The notes below the pieces were generated by a model. The model had not been told where the DNA came from and ran no database searches. It saw only the letters and a program-made list of their open reading frames with translations. Positions 1 to 7,986 of a DNA stretch of 31,455 bases are shown here, one piece after another (positions within the stretch are counted from its first letter, which is position 1; each line of letters begins with the position of its first letter). A program made the translations under genes and the position numbers. The stretch is from Candidatus Bathyarchaeia archaeon (GTDB taxonomy: Archaea > Thermoproteota > Bathyarchaeia > Bathyarchaeales > Bathycorpusculaceae), in contig JBEKHN010000022.1 of NCBI GenBank assembly GCA_050012255.1, positions 1 to 31,455 on the forward strand. The letters are read 5' to 3'.

Positions 1-15
1 CGGACACTTAGCCAT
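1..15 (-). CDS. 5' end of a small gene running off the window (MAKCP...), probably a second Cren7-like Zn-ribbon protein
   Basis: ATG at 15 preceded by a perfect RBS GGAGGTGA (23-30, minus strand). The five codons give MAKCP, identical to the N-terminus of the protein at 29145-29315. Confidence 0.5.
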
Positions 16-153
16 TTGTCTGTCACCTCCTTCAAAGGTTTTAAGATTAAAAAACAGGGTATTAAAAACAAGGCGTTGTTTCCCCGTCTATAGGGCTCCG
101 TAGAGCTTGGCTCCACACCTAATGCCCTACCAATCTTCTTCCTCTAGTTAGAA

Positions 154-762
154 CTATAAGCCTACTTTAAATGGCGTTCTATATCCTTTCGCCACCAACC
201 TTTTGTGGATGGAGTTCTTCAAAGCGCCCAGTCCTGCTCCTGTCTTTGCGCTCACTGGGAATACGTGCTCTCCAACAGCAAATGGATAACCTTTGCCTAT
301 TTGATGTATGAACGCTTCACGGTTGACCTTTAACTCCTCCTTATCAACCTTATCTATCTTGTTAGCCGCCACCAAAGGAAACTCACCTGAAGTCTCCGTC
401 AAAAACTGAACCATCTCCACGTCCACTGAGATAAAACCCTTCTTCTCCAAACGCCACGTTACCTCCGAGAACGTGGATATGTCTAAAACATGGACGGCCA
501 AAGCTATGTTCTGAGCATAGGACTCCAGAAACTTGATGATCTGATCATTTTTCTTATCCTCCAAACGTTTGGAAGTTCCCATCATCCTACCAAACCCTGG
601 CATATCTACAAGCACCAAATCGCCACTCAAGGGATATTTTGATATCCGTCGCGTAGTTCCTGGTCGTTTACCGATTGCCACATCCAAGCCTACGACTTCT
701 CTGATGATGCTACTCTTGCCCGCATTAGGCCTTCCAGTGAAAACCAAATACCTCTCACGCAT
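154..762 (-). CDS. engB: GTP-binding protein EngB/YihA family (archaeal)
   Basis: G1 GRPNAGKSS, G2 KRPGTT, G3 DMPGFG, G4 NKIDK, G5 VSAKTG; 202 aa. Confidence 0.9.
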   Translation of the reverse strand: MRERYLVFTGRPNAGKSSIIREVVGLDVAIGKRPGTTRRISKYPLSGDLVLVDMPGFGRMMGTSKRLEDKKNDQIIKFLESYAQNIALAVHVLDISTFSEVTWRLEKKGFISVDVEMVQFLTETSGEFPLVAANKIDKVDKEELKVNREAFIHQIGKGYPFAVGEHVFPVSAKTGAGLGALKNSIHKRLVAKGYRTPFKVGL

Positions 763-1186
763 ACTGAATATTACATAAGACGCAGTATACTTGAATGTAT
801 CCTAGCCCACAATTTCCGAGTTACAAAAACTACGGCAAACAGTTTGGTCTTTCTTTAACACAGCTCCATCTCAAGGTCTTTAATGAACGCTATGCAGTCT
901 TTTCTTGGAATACTTGCCCCCCCTAGTATTTTTTCCGAGCTTCAAAGAGTCTCCCTGCCGAAGCTTAAACCTCTGCAGAGAGAGCGCGCGCTACGACGAA
1001 GACCCGCAAGAACACAAAATATGAGATTTGCGCTATTTCCCAACTTTGTCCGAATGTTTTTTCTTCTTTTGAACATTCTTCTTCTTCAATGAAGGCATAC
1101 ACTAATCTCCACGAAACAATACTACCTATTAACAATATAGGCTACTAATGTTTAAGAAACTTTCACCAATTAGAACTCCATGAGTT

Positions 1187-1300
1187 GGAAGAAAATGGTG
1201 GAGTTGCAGGAGAAATCGTCAAGTTAGTGTTGAATAGCTGAACTACACTACTGCGTCGGTATATCTCGACTTGATACGATCCTGCAAAATGGCTTCTTCC
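1187..1300. other. Nested inverted repeats / candidate structured RNA
   Basis: GGAAGAA(1187)/TTCTTCC(1294), TTGCAGG(1204)/CCTGCAA(1281), ATCG-TCAAGT(1215-1224)/ACTTGA-TA-CGAT(1269-1280), TAGTGT(1225)/ACACTA(1245). Confidence 0.4.
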
Positions 1301-1337
1301 TTGCCCTAGTTTAGCGGACTTGAGCCCGTCTGGATAT

Positions 1338-1357
1338 GAGCCCGGTCCGGCCCACCA
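1338..1357 (+). pseudogene. tRNA 3'-end-like fragment
   Basis: GAGC-CCGGT-CCGGCCC-A-CCA fits T-loop end, T-stem, acceptor strand, discriminator and CCA. No matching GGGCCGG 5' half was seen upstream. Confidence 0.35.
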
Positions 1358-1448
1358 ATCAACAAAACTAATATCTACTCAGGTGACTTGAAAAAAGAAT
1401 ATAAAAACGGGGAGAAAACCAATCTTAGAATAGAGCTGTTGGCTTGAT

Positions 1449-1598
1449 CTAGTATTGGCTTCTTCTTGGGGGTGCTCTCTTAGCGTAACATTCTCGGCAG
1501 TATACTGGTCTGCTGCCATCAGGCTTGAATGGCACTTCACATTCCTTTTTGCATTCAGCGCAAACTGCCTTGTGCATTTCTTTTCTCTCATATGTCAA
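1449..1598 (-). CDS. CxxC-x17-CxxC domain small Zn-finger protein
   Basis: MHKAVCAECKKECEVPFKPDGSRPVYCREC is the family signature. TTG start at 1598 with AAGGAG 9 nt upstream (ATG at 1577 is the alternative). Confidence 0.9.
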   Translation of the reverse strand: MTYERKEMHKAVCAECKKECEVPFKPDGSRPVYCRECYAKRAPPRRSQY

Positions 1599-1864
1599 CT
1601 CTCTCAACTCCTTTACGGTTGCTGTGCAAAAATCACTTCTTACACGCTGCACCTACCCTTCACACCGATACTTATAAACAAAATGCCTCATAAATCATAA
1701 AGCCTAGACTCATAGAGTCTGAATCAGAGATCAACAGACGCCCGCGCCCCACTATTACAGAAAATCTTTATGTATCACCCGCCACGCAGCGCGCGCTTAA
1801 CAGAGCCGGCAAGCAGTTGTCAAATCACAAAAAATCCTTAAGCGAAAAGTTCCATTCTAGAATT

Positions 1865-2014
1865 ATGGAAAGAGTCAAGGTCATTTGGAGTGGTCCTTAT
1901 TCAGTGGACTCAGCAATGGAGAAATTCAGAAACTATGACGATTTTGGAATCTACATGATAACACAACTCAGTCTTCTACAGCGAAGAAGCAACTGCTCTT
2001 CGCAGCTGCCTTGA
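1865..2014 (+). pseudogene. N-terminal fragment of a GIY-YIG-like nuclease
   Basis: MERVKVIWSGPYS...DDFGIYMIT resembles the W-x-GPY...GIY start of archaeal GIY-YIG proteins. The YIG half is missing and the frame ends shortly afterwards. Confidence 0.45.
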
Positions 2015-2167
2015 CCATTGAGCAGTCCTATGAAGAATTGAGAAAACCGAGTATATGATATAGAGTCGGTTTGCCTTGGTTTCCATAGGACAGTCTAAGC
2101 AGGCTAAGACGTTGGTGCAAGCGCGCGTGCAAGAGAGCAAAATCGCTGCGTTCGCTCGGCGCGAGAT

Positions 2168-2281
2168 TCAGTATTCTTCCTTCCTCCAGATGTTGTACGG
2201 ACACTGCCTCCAGCAGTACGTGCTGGCCTTGTAAATGCAACCCTGACATTCAAGTCTGTCAAACCGTCTACGCCTGCTCAT
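2168..2281 (-). CDS. 37-aa Cys-rich small protein (CxxC-x7-CxxxC), not in the ORF track
   Basis: Translated by hand: MSRRRRFDRLECQGCIYKASTYCWRQCPYNIWRKEEY*. A TATA-like CTTAATG lies about 40 nt upstream. Confidence 0.6.
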   Translation of the reverse strand: MSRRRRFDRLECQGCIYKASTYCWRQCPYNIWRKEEY

Positions 2282-2465
2282 AAACAGACTCTCAATACTC
2301 TAATGAACTTCTTTCTCATTAAGTCTTGGATTTTGTCGGAGCGTGCAGTCCGGGCGCGCGCTTGTGGATGGTGCGAAGGGAAACCGTGAACGGGATGATG
2401 TTGGATGACCTATTCAAAACTCTTTTATCGACGCGGCGTTGATCGAGAGTTTGGAGAGAGGACTG

Positions 2466-4322
2466 TTGCGGAAGACTCGTTCTGGGGTGATGCTGGTGTT
2501 GCTTCTATGCTTGTCTTTTGTAGGCTTCGCTTGTAGAACTCAGATAGCAAGGTCAGCACCAAGCGTATTGACCAATGGAGATTTTGAGACTGGAACATTG
2601 AACGGATGGAATGTTCTAGGAACCTGTGCAATCAGCAGTACCATAGTCCATAGTGGGTCATATTCAGCATACGTTTCAGATGTAGGTTATGATAACTGGG
2701 TATCGCAAGAATTGAATCTGCCCGCAGGCAATGACTATCATTTCGAGGGATGGATTTACCCGTTGAAAGTGGGAAATCTAGGCCCAGTCGATTATCCAGC
2801 ATCTTTCTTGTATTTCTGGTATTACAACAAATCATCGATGCTGCCTGCATTCCATGTTAACTATGTTTGGTGCTGGAATGATTGGAATTCTGTAGGTAAT
2901 GGTAATTATTCAAGCGCACTGGAGTTCTTGCTACCCTTCAATCAGTTGGAATGGAATCTTCTTTCGATAAATCTGACAGAAGACGTCCGCTCATACTTTG
3001 TGGGAATCGACCTCTCCCAATTCATACTGCATAGCGTAACAGCGCAATATCATTATTCCAATGGTTCTCCGGGTGCCTTCTATGTTGATGACATCTCTCT
3101 TAGCGCGCGCGTTCCTTATGTGAATGGGACCATTTTCATTCGTGATTATGGAAGCGTTGACCAATCAACAGCGCCGATTTCGACCGTTGACAATATCACT
3201 TACACGTTTGCTAACAACATTAATGGCTCAATCGTCGTGCAGAAGGATAGCATCGTGCTTGACGGGGCTGGCTACACCCTCCAAGGACCTGGAAGTGGAG
3301 AGGGAATAGAGCTTTTCCAAAGAACAAATGTGACGGTTCGGAATACACAAATCACAGCCTTCGATTACGGCATCGCGCTCGGCTTCTCTTCCGAGAACAC
3401 TATTTCCAACAACAACCTAACAGCCAACCATTTTGGCATCGATCTCTCTTTCTCCCACAGGAACATTATTTTTGGAGACACCGTAACAGGCACCATAGGG
3501 TATGCATCTATCCATCTGGTTAACTCTGCAAGTAACAGCATCTTTGGGAACAACGTGACAGCGAACTGCTTTGACGGCATCTGGCTCGATTCCTCCTCGA
3601 ATAACCTTATTTCAGGAAACAACCTAAGTGCAAACGGCAGCTGTGGCATCGAATTCTGGGGTTCTTCTTTTCCCTTCGGTTCAGACTACAATACTATCTC
3701 AAAGAATGATATATCATTTAACAATGGGGTAGGCATTTCGCTTTCTCACTCTTCAAACAGCAGCATTTTCGAAAACAACCTAACAGCAAACAGCGGGTAT
3801 GGCATCTATCTCTATTCTTCTTTTGGCAACAGCGTAAGCCGAAACAACCTAACAGCAAACAACCTTAACATTGGGATCGGTAGCTCCTCAAGCAACATGA
3901 TATGTCATAACAACCTCGTAGACAACGGCCAGCAAGTGTCCATTGAAGCAGGTTCAGTAAATGCTTGGGACAACGGGTATCCATATAGCGGAAGCTACTG
4001 GAGTGACTATAATGGCACAGATCTGTTCAGAGGTCCGTACCAGAATGAAACAGGGGGCGACGGTATAGGAGATACACATTACATTATCGACAGCAACAAC
4101 ACAGATAACTACCCACTGATGCAACCTTGGCGATGCATTTCTGGCGACGTTAACGGTGACGGCACTGTTGACATCTACGACGCCATACTGCTATCTGGCG
4201 CCTTCAACTCCCAGCTAGGCAGTGCAAAGTGGAACCCTAACGCGGACATCAACGGCGACGGCATCGTCGACATCTACGACGCCATAATACTCTCAGGCCA
4301 CTTCAACCAGCACTACCCATAA
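2466..4322 (+). CDS. Secreted/surface protein: signal peptide, CBM-like beta-sandwich, NosD/PbH1 parallel beta-helix, C-terminal dockerin type I
   Basis: Basic then hydrophobic N-terminus (TTG at 2466 after GGAGAGAGG); LTNGDFETG...GW and FYVDDISL (CBM4/9-like); many GIxLxxSxxNxIxxNN repeats; WDNGYPxSGxYWSDY..GDGIGD; duplicated DVNGDGTVDIYD/DINGDGIVDIYD. Confidence 0.85.
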   Translation: MRKTRSGVMLVLLLCLSFVGFACRTQIARSAPSVLTNGDFETGTLNGWNVLGTCAISSTIVHSGSYSAYVSDVGYDNWVSQELNLPAGNDYHFEGWIYPLKVGNLGPVDYPASFLYFWYYNKSSMLPAFHVNYVWCWNDWNSVGNGNYSSALEFLLPFNQLEWNLLSINLTEDVRSYFVGIDLSQFILHSVTAQYHYSNGSPGAFYVDDISLSARVPYVNGTIFIRDYGSVDQSTAPISTVDNITYTFANNINGSIVVQKDSIVLDGAGYTLQGPGSGEGIELFQRTNVTVRNTQITAFDYGIALGFSSENTISNNNLTANHFGIDLSFSHRNIIFGDTVTGTIGYASIHLVNSASNSIFGNNVTANCFDGIWLDSSSNNLISGNNLSANGSCGIEFWGSSFPFGSDYNTISKNDISFNNGVGISLSHSSNSSIFENNLTANSGYGIYLYSSFGNSVSRNNLTANNLNIGIGSSSSNMICHNNLVDNGQQVSIEAGSVNAWDNGYPYSGSYWSDYNGTDLFRGPYQNETGGDGIGDTHYIIDSNNTDNYPLMQPWRCISGDVNGDGTVDIYDAILLSGAFNSQLGSAKWNPNADINGDGIVDIYDAIILSGHFNQHYP

Positions 4323-4338
4323 TCCCCCTCCCCTTTTT
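4322..4338 (+). terminator. Pyrimidine-rich, T-tract archaeal terminator candidate
   Basis: ATCCCCCTCCCCTTTTT immediately after the stop codon. Confidence 0.4.
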
Positions 4339-4344
4339 GGCGTG

Positions 4345-4400
4345 TAGCAAGTAAAACATGGTGTAACTGGCCAGTTATAGTGTAAATTCCCATTTGCACC
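4345..4400. repeat. Direct repeat copy 1 (att-like)
   Basis: 4365-4400 is identical over 36 bp to 7362-7397. Similarity extends left with small indels (TAGCA..AAAACATGGTGT). Confidence 0.9.
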
Positions 4401-4597
4401 CTACGGTGGAGACATCTCCCGCGAACCCCCTTTTTTCTCTGTAGTGGTATAGTTCGGTCACTCGACACTAAGCTGGCGATATCACACGTAGCTTGCGTTT
4501 TTTTCAGCAGAAAAAAGAGGGCGAATAAGTCATTAGAGAGGAGAGACGCATAACCTCCTGATGAACCTCAGCAAGTCTACAGGACGAGTACAGATCT

Positions 4598-7156
4598 ATG
4601 TCTGAAAACAAGGAAATCAACTACTGGAAAATGCAGAAAGATGAGCTTATCAGAGAGCTCAATTCGTCAGCAATGGGGCTTGATGACACAGAAGCTGCAC
4701 GCAGACTCCAAGAGTATGGGCTGAACGAGATTCCTTCAATTGAACGCAGAACGTCGTTAAGGATATTCGCAACTCAGTTCAAGAACCCTCTGGTATACGT
4801 GCTCGTCTTCGCTTCAGCAATAGCTGGCTTCTTAGGACAAATGCCCGAAGCAATTATCATAGTTGCCATCGTGCTTGCCAATGCTGTGTTGGGCTTCGCC
4901 TTAGAACATAGATCGGAAAGAGCCGTTGATGCGCTCAGAAAGTACCTATCGTACACCGCGATAGTTGTCAGAAATGGAAAGAAGCTTGTGATTAACACAA
5001 GCAAACTGGTGTCTGGAGACGTTGTCCACTTGGCAATAGGTGATGTTGTACCAGCAGACATCAGACTGTTGGACGCTGACGAATTCCAGACAGATGAATC
5101 AGTGCTGACGGGCGAATCAACGTCGGTCGACAAGAACACTACCCCAGTTGCGCTTGACAAACCACTCCCACATCAACTGTCCAACACCGCCCTTACGGGT
5201 TCGACAGTGACGAATGGCTCTGGAATAGGATTGGTTGTTGCCACCGGAAGAAAGACGTACTTCGGCCACATAGCCTCCAGTCTCTCTTTGTTGCCTCCAA
5301 AGACTGACTTTCAAAAGAACATCGCAAGTTTTGGGAGTTTTCTCGTGAAAGTGATCTTGCTGCTGACAGCCTTCGTATTTCTAGTTAACTCAGTTCTGGG
5401 CCACGGAGTCTTACAATCACTTTTATTTTCATTAGCCTTGGCAGTAGGCATCATACCAGAAGCCTTGCCCGTCGTAATTACTGTCGGGCTATCTGAAGGA
5501 GCACTCAGACTAGTCAAGAAGAAGGTCGTAGTCAAAAGACTTGAATCAATAGAAGATATGGGAAATGTCGACGTACTCTGCACGGACAAGACTGGAACCC
5601 TGACCCAAAACAAGATCAAGGTTCAGGACATCGTCGATCCCAACGATCATTCAGATCCAGAATTGATCAAATATGCACTTCTCTGCAACTCGGCGGTGGT
5701 TCAAGGAGACAGAATACTCGGCAACCCAATTGATGTAGCAATCTGGGAATACGCCAGAGACAAGGGTTTCGATGAAGTTGGCTTCAACGCATTTGCATGT
5801 ATCCGTGAAATTCCATTCGGGTTCAATAGAAGGAGAATGAGCGCCGTAGTCGAAAGTGGTGACCACAGACTTCTGGTCTCAAAAGGAGCCCCCGAGTCAA
5901 TCCTTGATGTGTCGACTGCGGTTGGTGATGAAATTGAGGCTCAGTCAATGTCGAAGGTGAGCACGGAAGTCAATTCGCTGATTGGAAAGTACAGCCAAAC
6001 TGGAAACAGATTGATAGCACTGTCATGTAAGGAAATCGAGAAAAAATCGGACTACTCAGTAGCAGATGAATCGGGGTTAACATTCGTCGGGCTGGTTGTT
6101 CTCTCCGATCCATTGAAAGAGGATGCTGCTCCTGCCATCTCCAGGCTGAAATTGTTAGGAATAAAGCTGAAAATTCTCAGCGGGGATGATCCTGTCGTAA
6201 CGGCAGAGGTTTGCCGTAGGCTTGGAATCGACTTTCGAGGGAGAGTGCTCTCAGGGGGAGACGTCGAAAAATTGCAAGAGAGCGAGTTGCGCCAAGCCGT
6301 GGAAGAGAATGATGTTTTTGGACGTGTGACTCCGGAGCAGAAATATGCCATAGTCAGTGCTTTGAAGAAGAATGGGCATGTAACGGGGTTTCTTGGCGAT
6401 GGGGTTAATGATGCCCCAGCCCTGAAATTGGCAGACGCAGGGATTTCTGTTGAATCAGGAGTTCAAGTCGCTAAGGAAGCGTCCTCAATAATCCTGCTTG
6501 AAAAGAGTTTGGGCGCTATTGCCGATGGAGTAGCTGAGGGAAGAAAGGCCTTTGGCAACATGATTAAGTACATCATGAATACTATAAGCGCGAACTTGGG
6601 AAACATGTTTACGTTAGCAGTAGGATCTTTGTTCCTTCCGTTTATACCGCTTCTGCCCTCTCAAATACTTTTAACGAATCTCCTCTCTGATGCCCCGCTC
6701 CTCACGATATCAACTGACAACCTTGACGAGGAAAGCCTGAGAACTCCCAAGAAGTGGAACATTGCATTAATAGCAAAGTTCGCCTTGTTTTTCGGTCTGA
6801 TCAGCTCCATCTTCGACTTCGTCACGATTTCATCCCTGATCTACCTTCTCCATGCTGGCCCCGAACTCTTCCATACGGGCTGGTTCATCGAGTCTGTTAT
6901 ATCCGAGATATTGGTCACCTTTTCCATCAGAACCCGAAGGAAGTTCTATGAATCAAGACCCAGCAACCTCATGATCGCAGCCTCAATCATAATGGCATCA
7001 ATGACTCTGGTCATTGTTTACTCCCCTCTTGGATTGTTTTTGGAGTTCGTCAAGCCCCCGCTATGGTTCTTGGGTTTAATCTTTGGAATACTTGGATGCT
7101 ACTTCCTTCTAGTTGAGGGCCTGAAGCATTTATTCTTCAGTCGTTATGAAGTCTGA
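4598..7156 (+). CDS. mgtA: Magnesium-translocating P-type ATPase (P3B)
   Basis: LTGES, LAVGIIPEALP, DVLCTDKTGTLT, KGAPE, GFLGDGVNDAPAL, SANLGNMF, PFIPLLPSQILLTNLLSD, FHTGWFIES. Confidence 0.9.
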   Translation: MSENKEINYWKMQKDELIRELNSSAMGLDDTEAARRLQEYGLNEIPSIERRTSLRIFATQFKNPLVYVLVFASAIAGFLGQMPEAIIIVAIVLANAVLGFALEHRSERAVDALRKYLSYTAIVVRNGKKLVINTSKLVSGDVVHLAIGDVVPADIRLLDADEFQTDESVLTGESTSVDKNTTPVALDKPLPHQLSNTALTGSTVTNGSGIGLVVATGRKTYFGHIASSLSLLPPKTDFQKNIASFGSFLVKVILLLTAFVFLVNSVLGHGVLQSLLFSLALAVGIIPEALPVVITVGLSEGALRLVKKKVVVKRLESIEDMGNVDVLCTDKTGTLTQNKIKVQDIVDPNDHSDPELIKYALLCNSAVVQGDRILGNPIDVAIWEYARDKGFDEVGFNAFACIREIPFGFNRRRMSAVVESGDHRLLVSKGAPESILDVSTAVGDEIEAQSMSKVSTEVNSLIGKYSQTGNRLIALSCKEIEKKSDYSVADESGLTFVGLVVLSDPLKEDAAPAISRLKLLGIKLKILSGDDPVVTAEVCRRLGIDFRGRVLSGGDVEKLQESELRQAVEENDVFGRVTPEQKYAIVSALKKNGHVTGFLGDGVNDAPALKLADAGISVESGVQVAKEASSIILLEKSLGAIADGVAEGRKAFGNMIKYIMNTISANLGNMFTLAVGSLFLPFIPLLPSQILLTNLLSDAPLLTISTDNLDEESLRTPKKWNIALIAKFALFFGLISSIFDFVTISSLIYLLHAGPELFHTGWFIESVISEILVTFSIRTRRKFYESRPSNLMIAASIIMASMTLVIVYSPLGLFLEFVKPPLWFLGLIFGILGCYFLLVEGLKHLFFSRYEV

Positions 7157-7164
7157 ACGCGCGC

Positions 7165-7338
7165 GGCCACTGAAACATTGAAAGCACACTAGTTTGCACT
7201 CAACTCATCAGCTTTGAAAGCGACGAATACCACTCAGCAGTTGCCAGTACAGTCGAAGAGGCAAGGAAGCTCCTTGAACAAGGCTTTGAGTACGTATGCC
7301 AGAAGGATGACATAATGCTGTTCAGAAAGAGGAAGTAG
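7165..7338 (+). pseudogene. C-terminal remnant of a tyrosine recombinase/integrase
   Basis: Translates as GH*NIESTLVCTQLISFESDEYHSAVASTVEEARKLLEQGFEYVCQKDDIMLFRKRK*. This is the LGH...T..Y box with an in-frame TGA (7171) and TGC at the catalytic Tyr position (7195), plus the GFEYV..LFRKRK tail I recognise from archaeal integrases. Confidence 0.8.
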
Positions 7339-7343
7339 CCTCA

Positions 7344-7397
7344 TAGCAAAAACATGGTGTAAACTGGCCAGTTATAGTGTAAATTCCCATTTGCACC
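7344..7397. repeat. Direct repeat copy 2 (att-like), overlapping the 3' end of the gene at 7372-7920
   Basis: Matches 4345-4400 and contains the palindrome AACTGGCCAGTT. Confidence 0.9.
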
Positions 7398-7920
7398 ATG
7401 CGTCTCTTGGATGCTTGTCAGGCGGGCATCTCAGACAGTTCACTTTCACGTTGGGATTTAGCGTCGTTGCAAAGCTCTTCAAGTAGCCGAACCGCACCTT
7501 CTTGCACGGAAACTCCTCAAGGCCTTTGCTCAAACGTGCTTCCTGTGTTCTGCAGCGGTCTATGCTCAAAACTGCTCGTTTGCTGCCCGTTACGATCGTT
7601 TTGAACGGCTGGTCTAGAGCCCAGCTTGATCTATGCAGAAGGCTCATGATCGTTGTAACATCCGGGTTTTCGCCTACGTCAAACATGCGTTGGAGACTCT
7701 TTGCTTCAATCTCTGCCATGGCCTCCCAGACACCGGCGTCAACCTCGGTTGCGGCCTCTGTGCCAAACTTCTTCTCAATGCCTAGGAAGTATAATCCGTC
7801 AACTCTCCAGAGGTTTCGTATCTGTAGAAAGAAATAGTCAAGAAGCTTCTCCGAAGGCATCTTCTTCAGCATTTCTCGGTCTTCAGCGCTTCCAGCTGGA
7901 TAGCCGCTCACACGTTGCAC
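7372..7920 (-). CDS. DUF6125 family protein (V4R-like Cys-containing ligand-binding fold)
   Basis: LWRVDGLYFLGIEKKFGTEAA, CRTQEAR...FPCK, CLRCPPDKHPRDAWCKWEF. Confidence 0.75.
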   Translation of the reverse strand: MQRVSGYPAGSAEDREMLKKMPSEKLLDYFFLQIRNLWRVDGLYFLGIEKKFGTEAATEVDAGVWEAMAEIEAKSLQRMFDVGENPDVTTIMSLLHRSSWALDQPFKTIVTGSKRAVLSIDRCRTQEARLSKGLEEFPCKKVRFGYLKSFATTLNPNVKVNCLRCPPDKHPRDAWCKWEFTL

Positions 7921-7986
7921 CCGCCATAAAGGATTAATAAGCTTCGTTATTTAATCTTTCAAACTCAAAACGAAGAGACACTGCCC

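Larger units (their letters stand above)
4345..7397. mobile_element. Decayed integrative element carrying mgtA
   Basis: Bounded by ~50-bp direct repeats, with a tyrosine integrase remnant ending 5 nt before the right repeat. Confidence 0.75.

Noticed and set aside
1379-1591. ORF MREKKCTR... as the real gene
   Set aside because: The overlapping frame carries the clear CxxC-x17-CxxC signature.
3380-3930. Recurrent AACAACCTAACAGC sequences as DNA repeats or DGR-like TR/VR
   Set aside because: Explained by PbH1 beta-helix protein repeats; no reverse transcriptase and no adenine-specific mismatch pair.
4143-4295. Duplicated GACATCTACGACGCCATA segments
   Set aside because: These are the two calcium-binding repeats of the dockerin domain.
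4534-4575. Fluoride (crcB) riboswitch-like GGAG...CTCC..CTGATGA before mgtA
   Set aside because: Spacing and pseudoknot complementarity do not fit the motif.
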